NCBI GenBank assembly: GCA_947501845.1
Contig: CANMXP010000007.1
Location: 151,381 to 215,380 of the forward strand
DNA: 64,000 bases
Direction: 5' to 3'
From: an uncultured Flavobacteriaceae bacterium
GTDB taxonomy: Bacteria > Bacteroidota > Bacteroidia > Flavobacteriales > Flavobacteriaceae
Shown here: positions 12,301 through 21,670 of the stretch, one piece after another
Layout: the number at the start of each line of letters is the position of its first letter
Position numbering within the stretch: the first letter of the stretch is position 1
The notes under the pieces: generated by a model
Told to the model about the DNA's origin: nothing
Databases searched by the model: none
Seen by the model: only the letters and a program-made list of their open reading frames with translations
Position numbers and translations under genes: made by a program

Positions 12301-12701
12301 ACAACCTAGATAATGCCTTGCATTTCAAAGCACACGATTTTGCGTCATATTATATTGAAAATATTGAAGGAGAAGATTTTAAGCTACATAAACTGCCTCA
12401 ATCAGCACAAATATCAAGTATTAACGCTATTATTGCTGACGATTTTGATCATGACGGCAATAACGATATTATCATATCAGGAAACTTATATGGTTCTGAA
12501 ATAGAAACCCCTAGAAACGATGCTGGTATAGGCTTATATCTAAAAGGGGATGGAAATGGCAAGTTTAAAAGTATTCCTGTAACAGGAAGTGGATTTTACG
12601 CACCCCACAATGCAAAATCTATGGTAAAGATTAAAGTTAACAAATCCAATGCTATTATAATTGGCAATAATAATGATAGCTTGCAGGTATTTAAATATTA
12701 G
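9372..12701 (+). CDS. FG-GAP / ASPIC-UnbV (CRTAC1-family) repeat lipoprotein
   Basis: Repeated NDG(L/Y)PDIY / DxNxDGxxDL(Y/F) calcium-binding FG-GAP motifs. Lipoprotein signal (LSTNSC) from the internal Met at 9372. C-terminal UnbV/ASPIC-like region. Confidence 0.75.
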   Translation: MLKKIYGILILAVLSTNSCTKNAPPILSESDKHFSLISSNHTGITFSNTLIETKDENHLINENFVNGAGVAIGDINNDGLPDIYFSGNQVKDKLYLNKGHLTFEDISLKSGINNINSWSTGVTFADVNADGYQDIYVCKNVNQKKGNSSNLLYINNGDLSFTESAQAYRINDPGHSIQANFFDFNKDGWVDLYLVNQPPGYGNRSSGQTPLKYANPRFSDKLFLNLGANKGFVEISHMAGTKNLAHGLSASIGDINNDSWPDIYITNDYDKPDYLYVNNGNRTFKNTTNESFKHISNFSMGSDIADFDNDGHLDIMVVDMVAEDHKRIKTNMGGMNPEDFWAIVDRGWHYQYMFNTLQKNNGNNTFSDLAQIAGVSNTDWSWGPLIADFDNDGLKDIFVTNGIKRNMRYSDVNNKYEIILDSIEIEAKKQNKRFQDVVNVLALAQMAPEDKLNNYIYKNKGNLTFENKIEDWGFDLPTLSNGACYADLDLDGDLDIVINNIDKEAFIYRNNTAERNIGNYIRFKLKPKNNANIYGARVNLYKNDSLWQMVELSNNRGYMSKSEDIAHFGIGDANQVEKAEIKWPNGATTLLENVKGNQTILVSSRNITANQSAFKEKKTTPIFKDIIQDTKLLHKHKENVYNDYLKEVLLPHKMSQFGPHLSVGDVNNDNLEDFFIGGSAGYSGVLFLQKEDGTFLEKKDGAWTQDKEAEDAGSTFLDVDNDGDLDLFVTSGGNEFPENHRLFQDRLYINNGLGTFKKDKTRVPKYHISSSVVKQADYDNDGDVDLFIGGRLTPQKYPHPANSKLLENRNGSFIDVTNTIIPDLNKLGLTTSATWTDINNDTFLDLVVTGEWMPIIIFINKNGSFVRKEFEGLKNTEGWYFHVTSADMDKDGDNDLIVGNLGLNYKYKASKDHPFQVHSYDFDQNGSNDIVLSYYNHGQVYPVRGRSCSLEQIPSLEKKFPSFESFGNSNLKDIYGDNLDNALHFKAHDFASYYIENIEGEDFKLHKLPQSAQISSINAIIADDFDHDGNNDIIISGNLYGSEIETPRNDAGIGLYLKGDGNGKFKSIPVTGSGFYAPHNAKSMVKIKVNKSNAIIIGNNNDSLQVFKY

Positions 12702-12822
12702 TGCAATTCTCGTTGCATACTGCGTATAAACTAAAATTTACTTCTATTTGATTTGGGATTACTCTTTTAAAAACTATGTATATTTTAAATTGGTACGGCT
12801 AACTAAAATATAGATAAACGTT

Positions 12823-14655
12823 TTGCATACTTCTAAATTACTAGTACTTTTTTTAATATTTGGCGTTACAGTTGTAGAGGCTCAGAGATTTTTTGAAAAG
12901 AATATTTCTATTTTTTCTGAAATGAAAGTGAATTATGGAAATGCCGTTGCTGACTACGATTTAGATGGTGATTTAGACGTTTTTATTGTGGCATATAATT
13001 CCTTCGATAAAAACGATTCTAATACCTGGAGTAGGCTCCTAAATAATAGAGGTGGGCGGTTTGAAGATGTCACAGAAGATGCTGGATTTGCAAATCAACA
13101 TTCTAATATAAATAAATTCGATTTAAAACTTGGTGCTGCCTGGGGAGACTACAACAATGATGGCTATCCAGATTTATTGCTCGCTCACCAAAATGGCACA
13201 CAACTATATAAAAATACAGGTAATGGCACATTTATCGATGTTAGCGTACAAGCTAATATAACTTCTTGTACTAATAATTGTAGCAATACAGGAGGGCTAT
13301 GGTGGGATTACGATAATGATGGAGATCTTGATCTCTATCTGCAATATCTAGATGCTGCCAATAGATTATTTACCAATAATAACGATGGCACATTTACAGA
13401 GATAGAAGGCGCACTTAATCTTGATGATGGTAATAGAACATGGTCTTGTCTCCCAATTGATGTAAATTATGATGGTTGGATGGATATATATGTGGTAAAC
13501 GATTTTGGTTTGAGTAAATTTTACCTAAGCCAAGAAGGAAAATCGTTTGTTGAGTCAACAGAAGCATACAATTTGGTTAATCTGGGGTGCGGTATGGGTT
13601 CAGATATTGGTGATTATAACAACGATGGATATTTTGATATATACGTAACTAATATAGCTGAAGGCAAAAGTAATCCGCTGTTTATGGGAACTCCTGGAGC
13701 ACCGTTTGAAAATAAAACCAAGGTCGAAAAAGTTGGAAACGGTCATTTTGGCTGGGGCACCCGAATTTTTGATGCTGACAATGATGGAGATCAGGATATA
13801 TATGTTGTTAATGGTGATAATGACTTGCGCTATAAAAATGTATTCTTTAAAAACTTAAGAAGCGAAGGCAGTAATAGTTTTGAAGAATGGTCAAATCAAT
13901 CTGAAGCAGATGGTATTGCAAACGGTATGGGGGCTGAAGTTTTTGATTTTGATAATGATGGTGATCTTGATATTCTGGTTTGCAACACGAATAGCGCCCC
14001 TTATTTATATGAAAATATAGTTGCCACCCCTAATTCTTGGCTACAAGTAAATTTACAGGGCACTACCGTAAACCGAAACGCGTTTGGCGCCACTTTATCT
14101 GCTTTTTCCGAAGGCAAAGCTGTACACAGACTCAATCACGGAGCTGCAATTATGGGACAAAGCATTAAACCCATACATTTTGGCCTTGGGGAAACTAAAA
14201 AAGTAGATAGTCTTATCGTTAAGTGGCCCAATGGTGAAAAAGAAACCATTTACAATATTGACAAAAATCAAAAAATTAGTATCGTTGAAGGTCTGGGGAT
14301 GACCGAAGGAAAAACTTTTGAAGAAACCGAAAATGAAGAAGAAGAGGAAAACAATGAAGAAATCCCTGAGCCAGCATCTGAAGAAATAAGTCTCTCTTGT
14401 ATTCCTAACCCCTTTTCTTTATTTACTGAATTCAAAATCAATACGATCTCTCAAACATCATTAGAAATTAACATTTATTCTATTTCTGGACTTCAAGTAT
14501 GGAATCTTTACAGAGAAAATATTCCAGAAGGCGAATGGTCTGAAAAATGGTATGGAGAAAGCCTAAACGGCCACCACTTCCCTGCTGGTCTCTATATTTA
14601 TCAAATAAAATTAGAGAATAAAACCTGGACAGGAAAACTTGTTTTAAAGAGTTAA
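12823..14655 (+). CDS. FG-GAP / VCBS-repeat protein with T9SS (Por) C-terminal sorting domain
   Basis: Signal peptide (MHTSKLLVLFLIFGVTVVEAQ). Many DxDxDGxxD(I/L)Y repeats. An acidic linker, then a C-terminal ~85-aa block (LSCIPNPFS...GLYIYQIKLENKTWTGKLVLKS) typical of T9SS CTDs. Confidence 0.7.
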   Translation: MHTSKLLVLFLIFGVTVVEAQRFFEKNISIFSEMKVNYGNAVADYDLDGDLDVFIVAYNSFDKNDSNTWSRLLNNRGGRFEDVTEDAGFANQHSNINKFDLKLGAAWGDYNNDGYPDLLLAHQNGTQLYKNTGNGTFIDVSVQANITSCTNNCSNTGGLWWDYDNDGDLDLYLQYLDAANRLFTNNNDGTFTEIEGALNLDDGNRTWSCLPIDVNYDGWMDIYVVNDFGLSKFYLSQEGKSFVESTEAYNLVNLGCGMGSDIGDYNNDGYFDIYVTNIAEGKSNPLFMGTPGAPFENKTKVEKVGNGHFGWGTRIFDADNDGDQDIYVVNGDNDLRYKNVFFKNLRSEGSNSFEEWSNQSEADGIANGMGAEVFDFDNDGDLDILVCNTNSAPYLYENIVATPNSWLQVNLQGTTVNRNAFGATLSAFSEGKAVHRLNHGAAIMGQSIKPIHFGLGETKKVDSLIVKWPNGEKETIYNIDKNQKISIVEGLGMTEGKTFEETENEEEEENNEEIPEPASEEISLSCIPNPFSLFTEFKINTISQTSLEINIYSISGLQVWNLYRENIPEGEWSEKWYGESLNGHHFPAGLYIYQIKLENKTWTGKLVLKS

Positions 14656-14726
14656 TTCTTTGCTAAATAAAGGGGACATAAACTTTTTACAAAGTATTGT
14701 ATTATATAGATTAATTAAAAAACGGT

Positions 14727-15900
14727 TTATCGATTAGCAAAAGAACCATCGTTCTTTCTTAATCTTGGAATTTCAACTGGAATAAATTCATTTTTTTGAG
14801 CTAACGCTTCATTGACCTCAACACCAAGACCAGGTGTATCTAAAACTGGATATCTTGAACCGTCTAATTTGGGTTGTACTGGATAAAATTTTGGATCATT
14901 TGTAAAACCATGAGCACCAGTATTTAATTCTTCTAACCTACTAAAATTAGGGCTAGCAGCTGCCAAGTGAATGCTAGCAGCCGTACAAATTGGTCCTAGA
15001 GGATAATGTGGCATTAAATCTATATAATGAGATTCCTGCCATTGAGGCTACCTTCATTGCTTCAGTAATGCCACCTACGTTACATACATCTACACGGGCA
15101 TACTGCGTAATATTTCGTTCTATAAAAGGTAAAAACTGCCATTTACTTGAAAATTCTTCACCTATTGCAAAAGGAATATCTATCATTTTGCGTAAGGCTT
15201 CATAGGCATCTGGGTTTTCGTCACGAATAGGCTCTTCTATAAAATCTAAAGTTCCTTCTGGCATGCGTTTCATAAATGAATACGTTTCAGCTAAACTCAA
15301 CCTTGAGTGATAATCGATACTTATAGTAATTTTACTTCCAACTTCTTTTCTTAGTGCAAGCATCCATTCTGCAATGATAGTTATAGACTTCCTAGGTTCA
15401 AAACGAGAAATATCTTCTTGCTCTTCAAATTCAGCGGGAGCAAGTCTTAGCATATCCCAACCTTCACTTATCAATCTTTTAGATTGACTTATCAATTCCT
15501 CTAAAGTTGAAAAACGAATTGAAGCAAAGCACGTAACGAAATCACGTTGTTTTCCTCCTAATAATTCATAAACGGGTACTCCTAACGCCTTTCCTTTTAT
15601 ATCATAAAGAGCAATATCTATTGCAGAAATAGCTGCTGTTAAAACACGACCTCCTTCAAAGTATTGACCTCTGTACAAATCTTGCCATATAGCTCCTATT
15701 TACATAGGGTTTCTCCCTATAATTAAAGAGGCATAATGTTTAAGTGCGCCTATAACGGCGTACTCTCTGCCAGATAAACCAGAAGCTCCCCAACCGTAAA
15801 TACCAGAATCGGTTTCTACTTTAACAACTAATTGGCTTCCTGTACCTAATATTTATTGGATACGGTTTAACTGCTGTGATTTTCATTTATATGCAAATTT
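14727..15900 (-). pseudogene. Enolase-superfamily sugar-acid dehydratase (D-mannonate/D-galactonate dehydratase-like), disrupted by at least three frameshifts
   Basis: Minus-strand pieces in three frames. MKITAVKPYPINIR... then ...GSQLVVKVETDSGIYGWGASGLSGREYAVIGALKHYASLIIGRNPM* then ...LYRGQYFEGGRVLTAAISAIDIALYDIKGKALGVPVYELLGG... (ORF 14974-15678). Last, the C-terminal ORF 14727-15014. Together they reconstruct a ~390-aa MR/MLE-family enzyme. Confidence 0.7.
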
Positions 15901-15905
15901 TAGTA

Positions 15906-17201
15906 TTATCCCTTTGGAACAATACGCTCTACTTTTCCTACTAAAAATGTATATGCAAAAAAGCCTAAAAAAGCTACAGCAGCAATAAATATTAAAGCAG
16001 GGCTAAAATCCCCATCTTGTACTAAATATCCAATAACAGTTGGTACAACTATGCTGGATAGCCCCCCAATAAAGTTAAAAGCACCTCCTACTAAGCCTAA
16101 ATTTTCTTTAGGAGCTATTAAAGATACAAACACCCAAGCAATACTAGCCAATCCCATTCCAAAACCAGCAAGGGCCAAGAAGAATATCACAAAAAACGTA
16201 TCATTGGTATAATTAGCCCCAATAATACAGGTTGATAATAGCATCCCAACAAGAATTGGCAATTTTCTAGAAATTTCTGCTGAATATCCTTTTTTAATTA
16301 AAAAATCGGATGTGAAACCAGATAATAAAATACCACAAAATGCAGCTAGATAAGGTACCGATGCATAGAAACCCGATTTAACAAAGTCAAATCCTCTAAA
16401 TTCCACTAAATAAGTTGGAAACCAAGTTAAAAAAAACATGGTAATTGCCCCTAAACAAAACTGACCGATATAGATGCCCCAAAGCTTTCTATAAATAAAT
16501 GCCTGTATAAAATCTGACCATTCAAATTTTTTCTTAACCTCGTCTTTATCCTTGGCACCAATTATACCGCCTCCTTTTTCAATATATTCTAACTCAGATT
16601 CACTAACCCCTTTATGATCTCTAGGGTCTCTGTAAAATATATACCAAACCGCTGCCCAAACAATTCCTATAATTCCTGAAATTATAAATAACCCTCTCCA
16701 CCCTACAGCATCTTGAATAAGTGTTAATAAAGGTATTAAAAAAGCCAAGCCTAAAAACTGACCAGATGTGTACACTGCTATGGCCGATGCCCTTTCGTTT
16801 TCAGGAAACCATCTGCTCACCACTAAATTGTTAATAGGATAAGAAGGTGCTTCAAAAACACCTATACTAGCCCTCAGGCCTATTAAAGCTGTAAAAGAAT
16901 TTACCACCCCTTGTAACAAGGTAGCAATTGACCAAAATACTAGAAGAAATGAGTAAAGTATTCGTGATTTTATTTTGTCTGCAACAATTCCTCCAGGAAT
17001 TTGTAAACTGGCATAAAATATACCAAAAGCAGAAAATACATAGCCCATTTGAACAGTATCTATTCCTAAATCTTTTCGGAGTGCAAAAGCCGCCACAGAT
17101 ATATTGGTTCGGTCTAAATAATTTATTACAACAGTAATAAATATCATTACAAGAATATTATACCTTTTTCTGGTTTCTAATTTAATCGATGTTACACTCA
17201 T
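15906..17201 (-). CDS. MFS transporter (anion:cation symporter family, hexuronate/galactonate-type)
   Basis: 431 aa, 12 predicted TM segments. N-terminal ...NYLDRTNISVAA... motif characteristic of DgoT/ExuT-like MFS permeases. Confidence 0.75.
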   Translation of the reverse strand: MSVTSIKLETRKRYNILVMIFITVVINYLDRTNISVAAFALRKDLGIDTVQMGYVFSAFGIFYASLQIPGGIVADKIKSRILYSFLLVFWSIATLLQGVVNSFTALIGLRASIGVFEAPSYPINNLVVSRWFPENERASAIAVYTSGQFLGLAFLIPLLTLIQDAVGWRGLFIISGIIGIVWAAVWYIFYRDPRDHKGVSESELEYIEKGGGIIGAKDKDEVKKKFEWSDFIQAFIYRKLWGIYIGQFCLGAITMFFLTWFPTYLVEFRGFDFVKSGFYASVPYLAAFCGILLSGFTSDFLIKKGYSAEISRKLPILVGMLLSTCIIGANYTNDTFFVIFFLALAGFGMGLASIAWVFVSLIAPKENLGLVGGAFNFIGGLSSIVVPTVIGYLVQDGDFSPALIFIAAVAFLGFFAYTFLVGKVERIVPKG

Positions 17202-17245
17202 TTAATTGTTTGATTTTGATTTAATTGTTTGATTTTGATTGAATG
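17202..17245. repeat. Perfect tandem duplication of ~21 bp (ttaattgtttgattttgattt x2) abutting the start codon of the MFS transporter
   Basis: Read directly at 17202-17245. Confidence 0.6.
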
Positions 17246-17819
17246 ATGAAAGTCTAAATATATAATAATAGAATCATAAATCGTCCTAGAAGCCAGTAAA
17301 GGCATATACTTGACCTGAAATTACTATAAAACACTTCTAAAACTGAGCAGCAACAAACTGAAACGAATTTTAGAAAGCTTTAAAATAAAAACGAGTAAAT
17401 GTAAGCTTATTTATTAATATTTGATATTAATTCTATCGATTAAGTAGAGATTTAACATCTCAACACATTATATATACCATCAAGGAAGATTTCTTTTTAA
17501 ATCATTAACTGCAAATTAAGAGGAACAATAGTGGCATATCAATTTTTCATTAACATATCAAATGCATGGAAAGGATACAATATTTACGAGTTCGACATAG
17601 GCTTTGATTAATATAACTATGTAAAGTGTTAAAAAACAAATAATTGTCAGTTCGATAGCGTAACGAACGAACGATGAGAAACCTCAAAATAATGAGATTC
17701 CTTCTCATTCTTCGTTCAGGAATGACAATATAAAATTTTATTTATCTGATAATCAATGATTTATAATTTGTATTATGTCGAACTCACGCAATATTAGTAA
17801 TAATTTTAATAGGTAAATG

Positions 17820-19274
17820 TTACTCAGACATTAAGCGTTTTCTAATGTCCGTCAAAGATTCATCAATGATAAGTTTCCCATCTTTAAAAACTTCTTTTAA
17901 CTCTCCTTGTTTTTCTTCTGCCCATGTCACTTGGTCTATAAGTTTATAAGTTCCGTTAGACTTTATAATTTTTAAGAGTCCTTTTGCTGACTTTTTTGTG
18001 CCATCGTCGGTAACTGGATCTTTAAAAATTTCACGCCCTTCACCATTTACCTCTCCATAAGTAGCCTTCATAGCAAAACCAAAGGTATCACGGGTATTAT
18101 ACTGATAAGTAAAAGAACCTATTCCTAAAACGACATTGGTTGAAGCAAACCCTTTCTGTTTTAGGCGTTCACAAATCTGAGTAGCTCGCTCTAAGGTTAT
18201 ACTATCTCCATAAATAGCTCCTATATGTGAGTCTAGCTCTTTATATCCTTTACCGTTTATAGCGCCTCCAAAAACATCCCAAAGCAGTTCTATAACACCT
18301 CTCTGCTCTTTCTTCGTTTTACCATTTGGATTCCCACAAATAATATCTACGGGGTCTCCACTATCGGGTCGAATAACTACTTTTCCTTCTCTATTTAAAA
18401 CGTCTTCTTTCAAGTTAGGTAAATACTCAGTTAATACCTTCCATAAATCCCAAGTATCTGAAACAATAGAAACGATACCACTTGGATAAACTTCAGTTAT
18501 TAACCTTTTAAAAGTTTCTTGTTCACCTGTGTCTGTCCCCATACACATAACGGAGTGTTCTGTAGCCGCTACTGAGCCGCCTATCAATTCGGTATCAGAA
18601 TCTGCGTTATAATAGGTTTCTAAAAAATCTATGGCTGGAATGGTATCTGTTCCTGTAAAACTCAATAAATGTCCCGTTGCACTAAGTTTGGCAGCTTCTA
18701 ATCCTGCCATACCACGCATGGAAAAATCATGCCCTTGCCAATCTACAAATTCTGGTATTGACGATGTTTCCTTTGCATATTTATCTAATATATTTCGGTA
18801 TTGCTTAGCTATGGTAGCTGAATTACATGGCAACCAAACCGTTGTAGACAATAATGTTTCAAAATAATTAGTCAACCAAAAAAATTCAGGCTTTGTATTA
18901 TACATCGTAAACATGGGCACTCTAACAGGTACCGATACGCCTTCAGGCAATGCTTTAATAAGCATAGGTAAATATCCTAAATCATGTAAATCTGAAATAT
19001 GTTGAACATCTACCTTGTTTTCTCCTAAATAGTTATTAATTCTCCTAGTATACTTTTTGCATATAACATCTTTTGGCTGATTGAAAAAATTCTCTTGAAA
19101 ATCTTTAATCATATATTTTTTAATGAAGTACTGTAGTCCAAAAAACACGACCTTGTCAACATTATCAATTCGACTCTTTCTAGGTGTCCAATTAGAATAT
19201 ACCAAGGTTGTATTTTCTGGATATTGTCTTCTGTGATCTACTTTATAACCGTCTGTAAATAATAATGGGTTCAT
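17820..19274 (-). CDS. nadV: Nicotinamide phosphoribosyltransferase family protein (NadV/NAMPT homologue; possibly a Namat-type enzyme)
   Basis: 484 aa. N-terminus MNPLLFTDGYKVDHRRQYP... matches the NAMPT signature (…TDSYK..H…QYP). Size typical of NadV. Confidence 0.8.
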   Translation of the reverse strand: MNPLLFTDGYKVDHRRQYPENTTLVYSNWTPRKSRIDNVDKVVFFGLQYFIKKYMIKDFQENFFNQPKDVICKKYTRRINNYLGENKVDVQHISDLHDLGYLPMLIKALPEGVSVPVRVPMFTMYNTKPEFFWLTNYFETLLSTTVWLPCNSATIAKQYRNILDKYAKETSSIPEFVDWQGHDFSMRGMAGLEAAKLSATGHLLSFTGTDTIPAIDFLETYYNADSDTELIGGSVAATEHSVMCMGTDTGEQETFKRLITEVYPSGIVSIVSDTWDLWKVLTEYLPNLKEDVLNREGKVVIRPDSGDPVDIICGNPNGKTKKEQRGVIELLWDVFGGAINGKGYKELDSHIGAIYGDSITLERATQICERLKQKGFASTNVVLGIGSFTYQYNTRDTFGFAMKATYGEVNGEGREIFKDPVTDDGTKKSAKGLLKIIKSNGTYKLIDQVTWAEEKQGELKEVFKDGKLIIDESLTDIRKRLMSE

Positions 19275-19332
19275 AATTTATTTGATTTAATTTGCGTAAT
19301 TATTACACAAATATAAAAAGCGTTTTTGATTC

Positions 19333-19372
19333 AACAAACTAATTTGCGTTTTTTTTACGCAAATTAGTTTAA
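19333..19372. terminator. Perfect 14-bp inverted repeat with T6 loop (aaactaatttgcgt-tttttt-acgcaaattagttt). Bidirectional terminator-like hairpin
   Basis: Read directly between the 78-aa ORF and nadV. Confidence 0.6.
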
Positions 19373-19378
19373 AATGTG

Positions 19379-19615
19379 CTAATCGTCGATTATTTGGTGA
19401 TCTTTTAAAGCTGAAATTACTTTTCTAGCATAATTTCTATCTAGTTCTTTAATATCTTCAGGAAGATCTTTGTATGGAATGAAGTAGTTTTTCCATCTTT
19501 TAGTAGTTTCTTGAGACAACTTTTCTTTTTGCATTATTTGCTTGGCCCAATTCATCCATTGTTGATGTTCTAGCTCGGCCAAAGTCTCTAATAAATCTAA
19601 TTCTTCTTTTATCAC
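19379..19615 (-). CDS. Hypothetical small protein (78 aa)
   Basis: ORF only. No recognisable motif. Confidence 0.3.
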   Translation of the reverse strand: MIKEELDLLETLAELEHQQWMNWAKQIMQKEKLSQETTKRWKNYFIPYKDLPEDIKELDRNYARKVISALKDHQIIDD

Positions 19616-19730
19616 TTATATATAATTAATATGGTTTCTCCTATGGCTATATTGTTTGGGGTATTCATTAGAAAATAACACTAAGGCTTGGTTACCCAAA
19701 CATTATAATAGTCCACAAATGGCAAGAGAG

Positions 19731-20804
19731 TTATATACTTAATTCTTTAAAAGTTTTTGATTCTGGGCTATAAGAACCATAAACTTGATCAAAATTATTT
19801 TTCAATTTGTTCCAATCAATTGAGGCATCAAATTGATCTAGACAAGTTATTACAATATGACTCTTCTTTGATGTATTATAAATTTGATCGATTTTTTTAG
19901 CATGAAATAACAAATCAAGGTCTAATTCACCTAATCTTAAATGCTTTTGAAACTCGTTATAAACACATGTCTCTTCTTCATTATTCTTTAATTTAATTTC
20001 GCTTTCATTTAACATCCAACCGTTACCATGCCTAGTTATATAAGATCTTGAAACATAAAATGTCTCTATATCTTCTATTTGAAGTTTTTTACAAATTTCA
20101 ATAGCATTTTTTGAAGTTGTATTTGCATAAGTAACATTTGGAAATATACCATGATTCATATCCAACAAAACACCTTGGCTGCCTTCAAATATAAAAGTCT
20201 CGTACTTTTTTAAAAATGAATAATCTTTAATTTTCCAATTCAGACTATTAATGCATTCTAAAAAGTAATTTACTTCACTTCGTAATTCTTCGTTATCATA
20301 TATTCCATAATAATTCGCAATGCCTTTTAATTTTTCAACAAACATTGATCTAGGAGCTAATAAATCAATTGCATATAGTTTATTGGGACCTTCATTCCTT
20401 TTCATTGTTGCACCAATTCCTTTACCGCAACTTCCATGTTTTAAATTTTTAACATTTTTACGATTGTGCCAAACATCAAAGGGCGTTGTTAATTTAGCTA
20501 AGGGGTGGATATAAAGCTCTGTGTTACCGCTTTTCTCTTCTAACTCTTTTTTTTCATTATACAAAAAAGTGGGATGTATTATACAATGTTCGCTAAAATA
20601 GGACGGTAATCCTCTTAATGCTCCACTACCAAAACTAGCATGTATATGTTTCTTGTTATTAATTAACACGGTATGAGCTGCTTGTGGGCCACCAGAGAAA
20701 CGTATAACTATAGATTTAGGATATTGACGACACAGAAAATCGGTGGTAATACCTTTGCCTTCATCACCAAACCCTAAACCTATAACAATTTTAGCTTTTT
20801 TCAT
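19731..20804 (-). CDS. Adenylosuccinate-synthetase-like protein (PurA/PurZ superfamily), C-terminally shorter than housekeeping PurA
   Basis: 357 aa. GLGFGDEGKGITTD (P-loop GxxWGDEGKGK), GGPQAAHT (cf. GGHNAGHT), FEGSQGVLLDMNHGIFPNVTYANTTS (cf. [25 protein letters not shown]). About 75 residues shorter than E. coli PurA, as phage PurZ-type enzymes are. Confidence 0.7.
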   Translation of the reverse strand: MKKAKIVIGLGFGDEGKGITTDFLCRQYPKSIVIRFSGGPQAAHTVLINNKKHIHASFGSGALRGLPSYFSEHCIIHPTFLYNEKKELEEKSGNTELYIHPLAKLTTPFDVWHNRKNVKNLKHGSCGKGIGATMKRNEGPNKLYAIDLLAPRSMFVEKLKGIANYYGIYDNEELRSEVNYFLECINSLNWKIKDYSFLKKYETFIFEGSQGVLLDMNHGIFPNVTYANTTSKNAIEICKKLQIEDIETFYVSRSYITRHGNGWMLNESEIKLKNNEEETCVYNEFQKHLRLGELDLDLLFHAKKIDQIYNTSKKSHIVITCLDQFDASIDWNKLKNNFDQVYGSYSPESKTFKELSI

Positions 20805-20807
20805 TAT

Positions 20808-21668
20808 TTATAACATCTCCATATCATCGAAGCTTGCTCCTGAAATGTCTGTTTTCACACTTTTATTAGATTCATATTTTTCACATACTAGATTTTTCAC
20901 AACTTCGGGTATGGTTTTATAATCGCCTACAGAAATACAGTTATTTCCCAATAACTCTTTCCAACCCTTTTCTGCTTCAACAGCTCTAGGGGAATGATTA
21001 ACGCTTACATGAAATACTTCATATCTCTTTTTAGCCTCTTCCAGCAATTCTATTTCAGAATAAGTCTGTTGCCCCGAACCCATAATTTCTTTGATAGCAG
21101 AAGCGGGCAATGATTTTAAATTAGGTTCATCCCCTATAGTAATTAATACCCCTTTTTGTTTTCTTTTCTCGAAGGCATCCGTTCTTGTATGGAATGCTGC
21201 AAAGTACCAAGCTAGCAAGTAACTTTCTCCTGCGTTTCCTCCGCCTCCAGATTCTATATAAGTTCGGGTAAGCCACATATCCAATTCTTCATCTCCAGAT
21301 TCAAACTGACCTACCTGTAAAGGATAAGAGTCACATTCATGGTCACCAATTCCTAAAAAAAGCAGTGCAGCATCTGGAACACCATCCTGGATAATTCCGC
21401 CCATTAATTTTGGTAAACCCTCTTTAATTAAATCATGCGGTATATGTCCCATACTTCCCGTTACATCTAAAGCTAAAATAACAGGAAACGAATTTGGATG
21501 TATTTCGGAATCCCTTGCTTCTCTAAATTCAATATTTTCGGGATTCATTGAATTATGAGCTCTTCGTTCTTTATTTTGTTGAAAAATATCATTTACAGAT
21601 TTGCTAGCATAACCCGCTTTTTTAGCTCTTAAAAGCCTGTCTCCTATATTATATTTTGTTCCTCCCAT
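20808..21668 (-). CDS. von Willebrand factor type A (vWA) domain protein
   Basis: MIDAS motif VILALDVTGSMGHIP (DxTGSM). 286 aa. Confidence 0.6.
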   Translation of the reverse strand: MGGTKYNIGDRLLRAKKAGYASKSVNDIFQQNKERRAHNSMNPENIEFREARDSEIHPNSFPVILALDVTGSMGHIPHDLIKEGLPKLMGGIIQDGVPDAALLFLGIGDHECDSYPLQVGQFESGDEELDMWLTRTYIESGGGGNAGESYLLAWYFAAFHTRTDAFEKRKQKGVLITIGDEPNLKSLPASAIKEIMGSGQQTYSEIELLEEAKKRYEVFHVSVNHSPRAVEAEKGWKELLGNNCISVGDYKTIPEVVKNLVCEKYESNKSVKTDISGASFDDMEML

Positions 21669-21670
21669 AA

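Noticed and set aside
17202-17820. 600-bp intergenic region upstream of the MFS transporter with an imperfect hairpin (…gaacgatgagaa…ttctcattcttcgttc…) as a possible mobile-element end or riboswitch
   Set aside because: Only a short imperfect inverted repeat and a 21-bp tandem duplication. No terminal inverted repeats, target-site duplications or transposase. Treated as ordinary divergent promoter region
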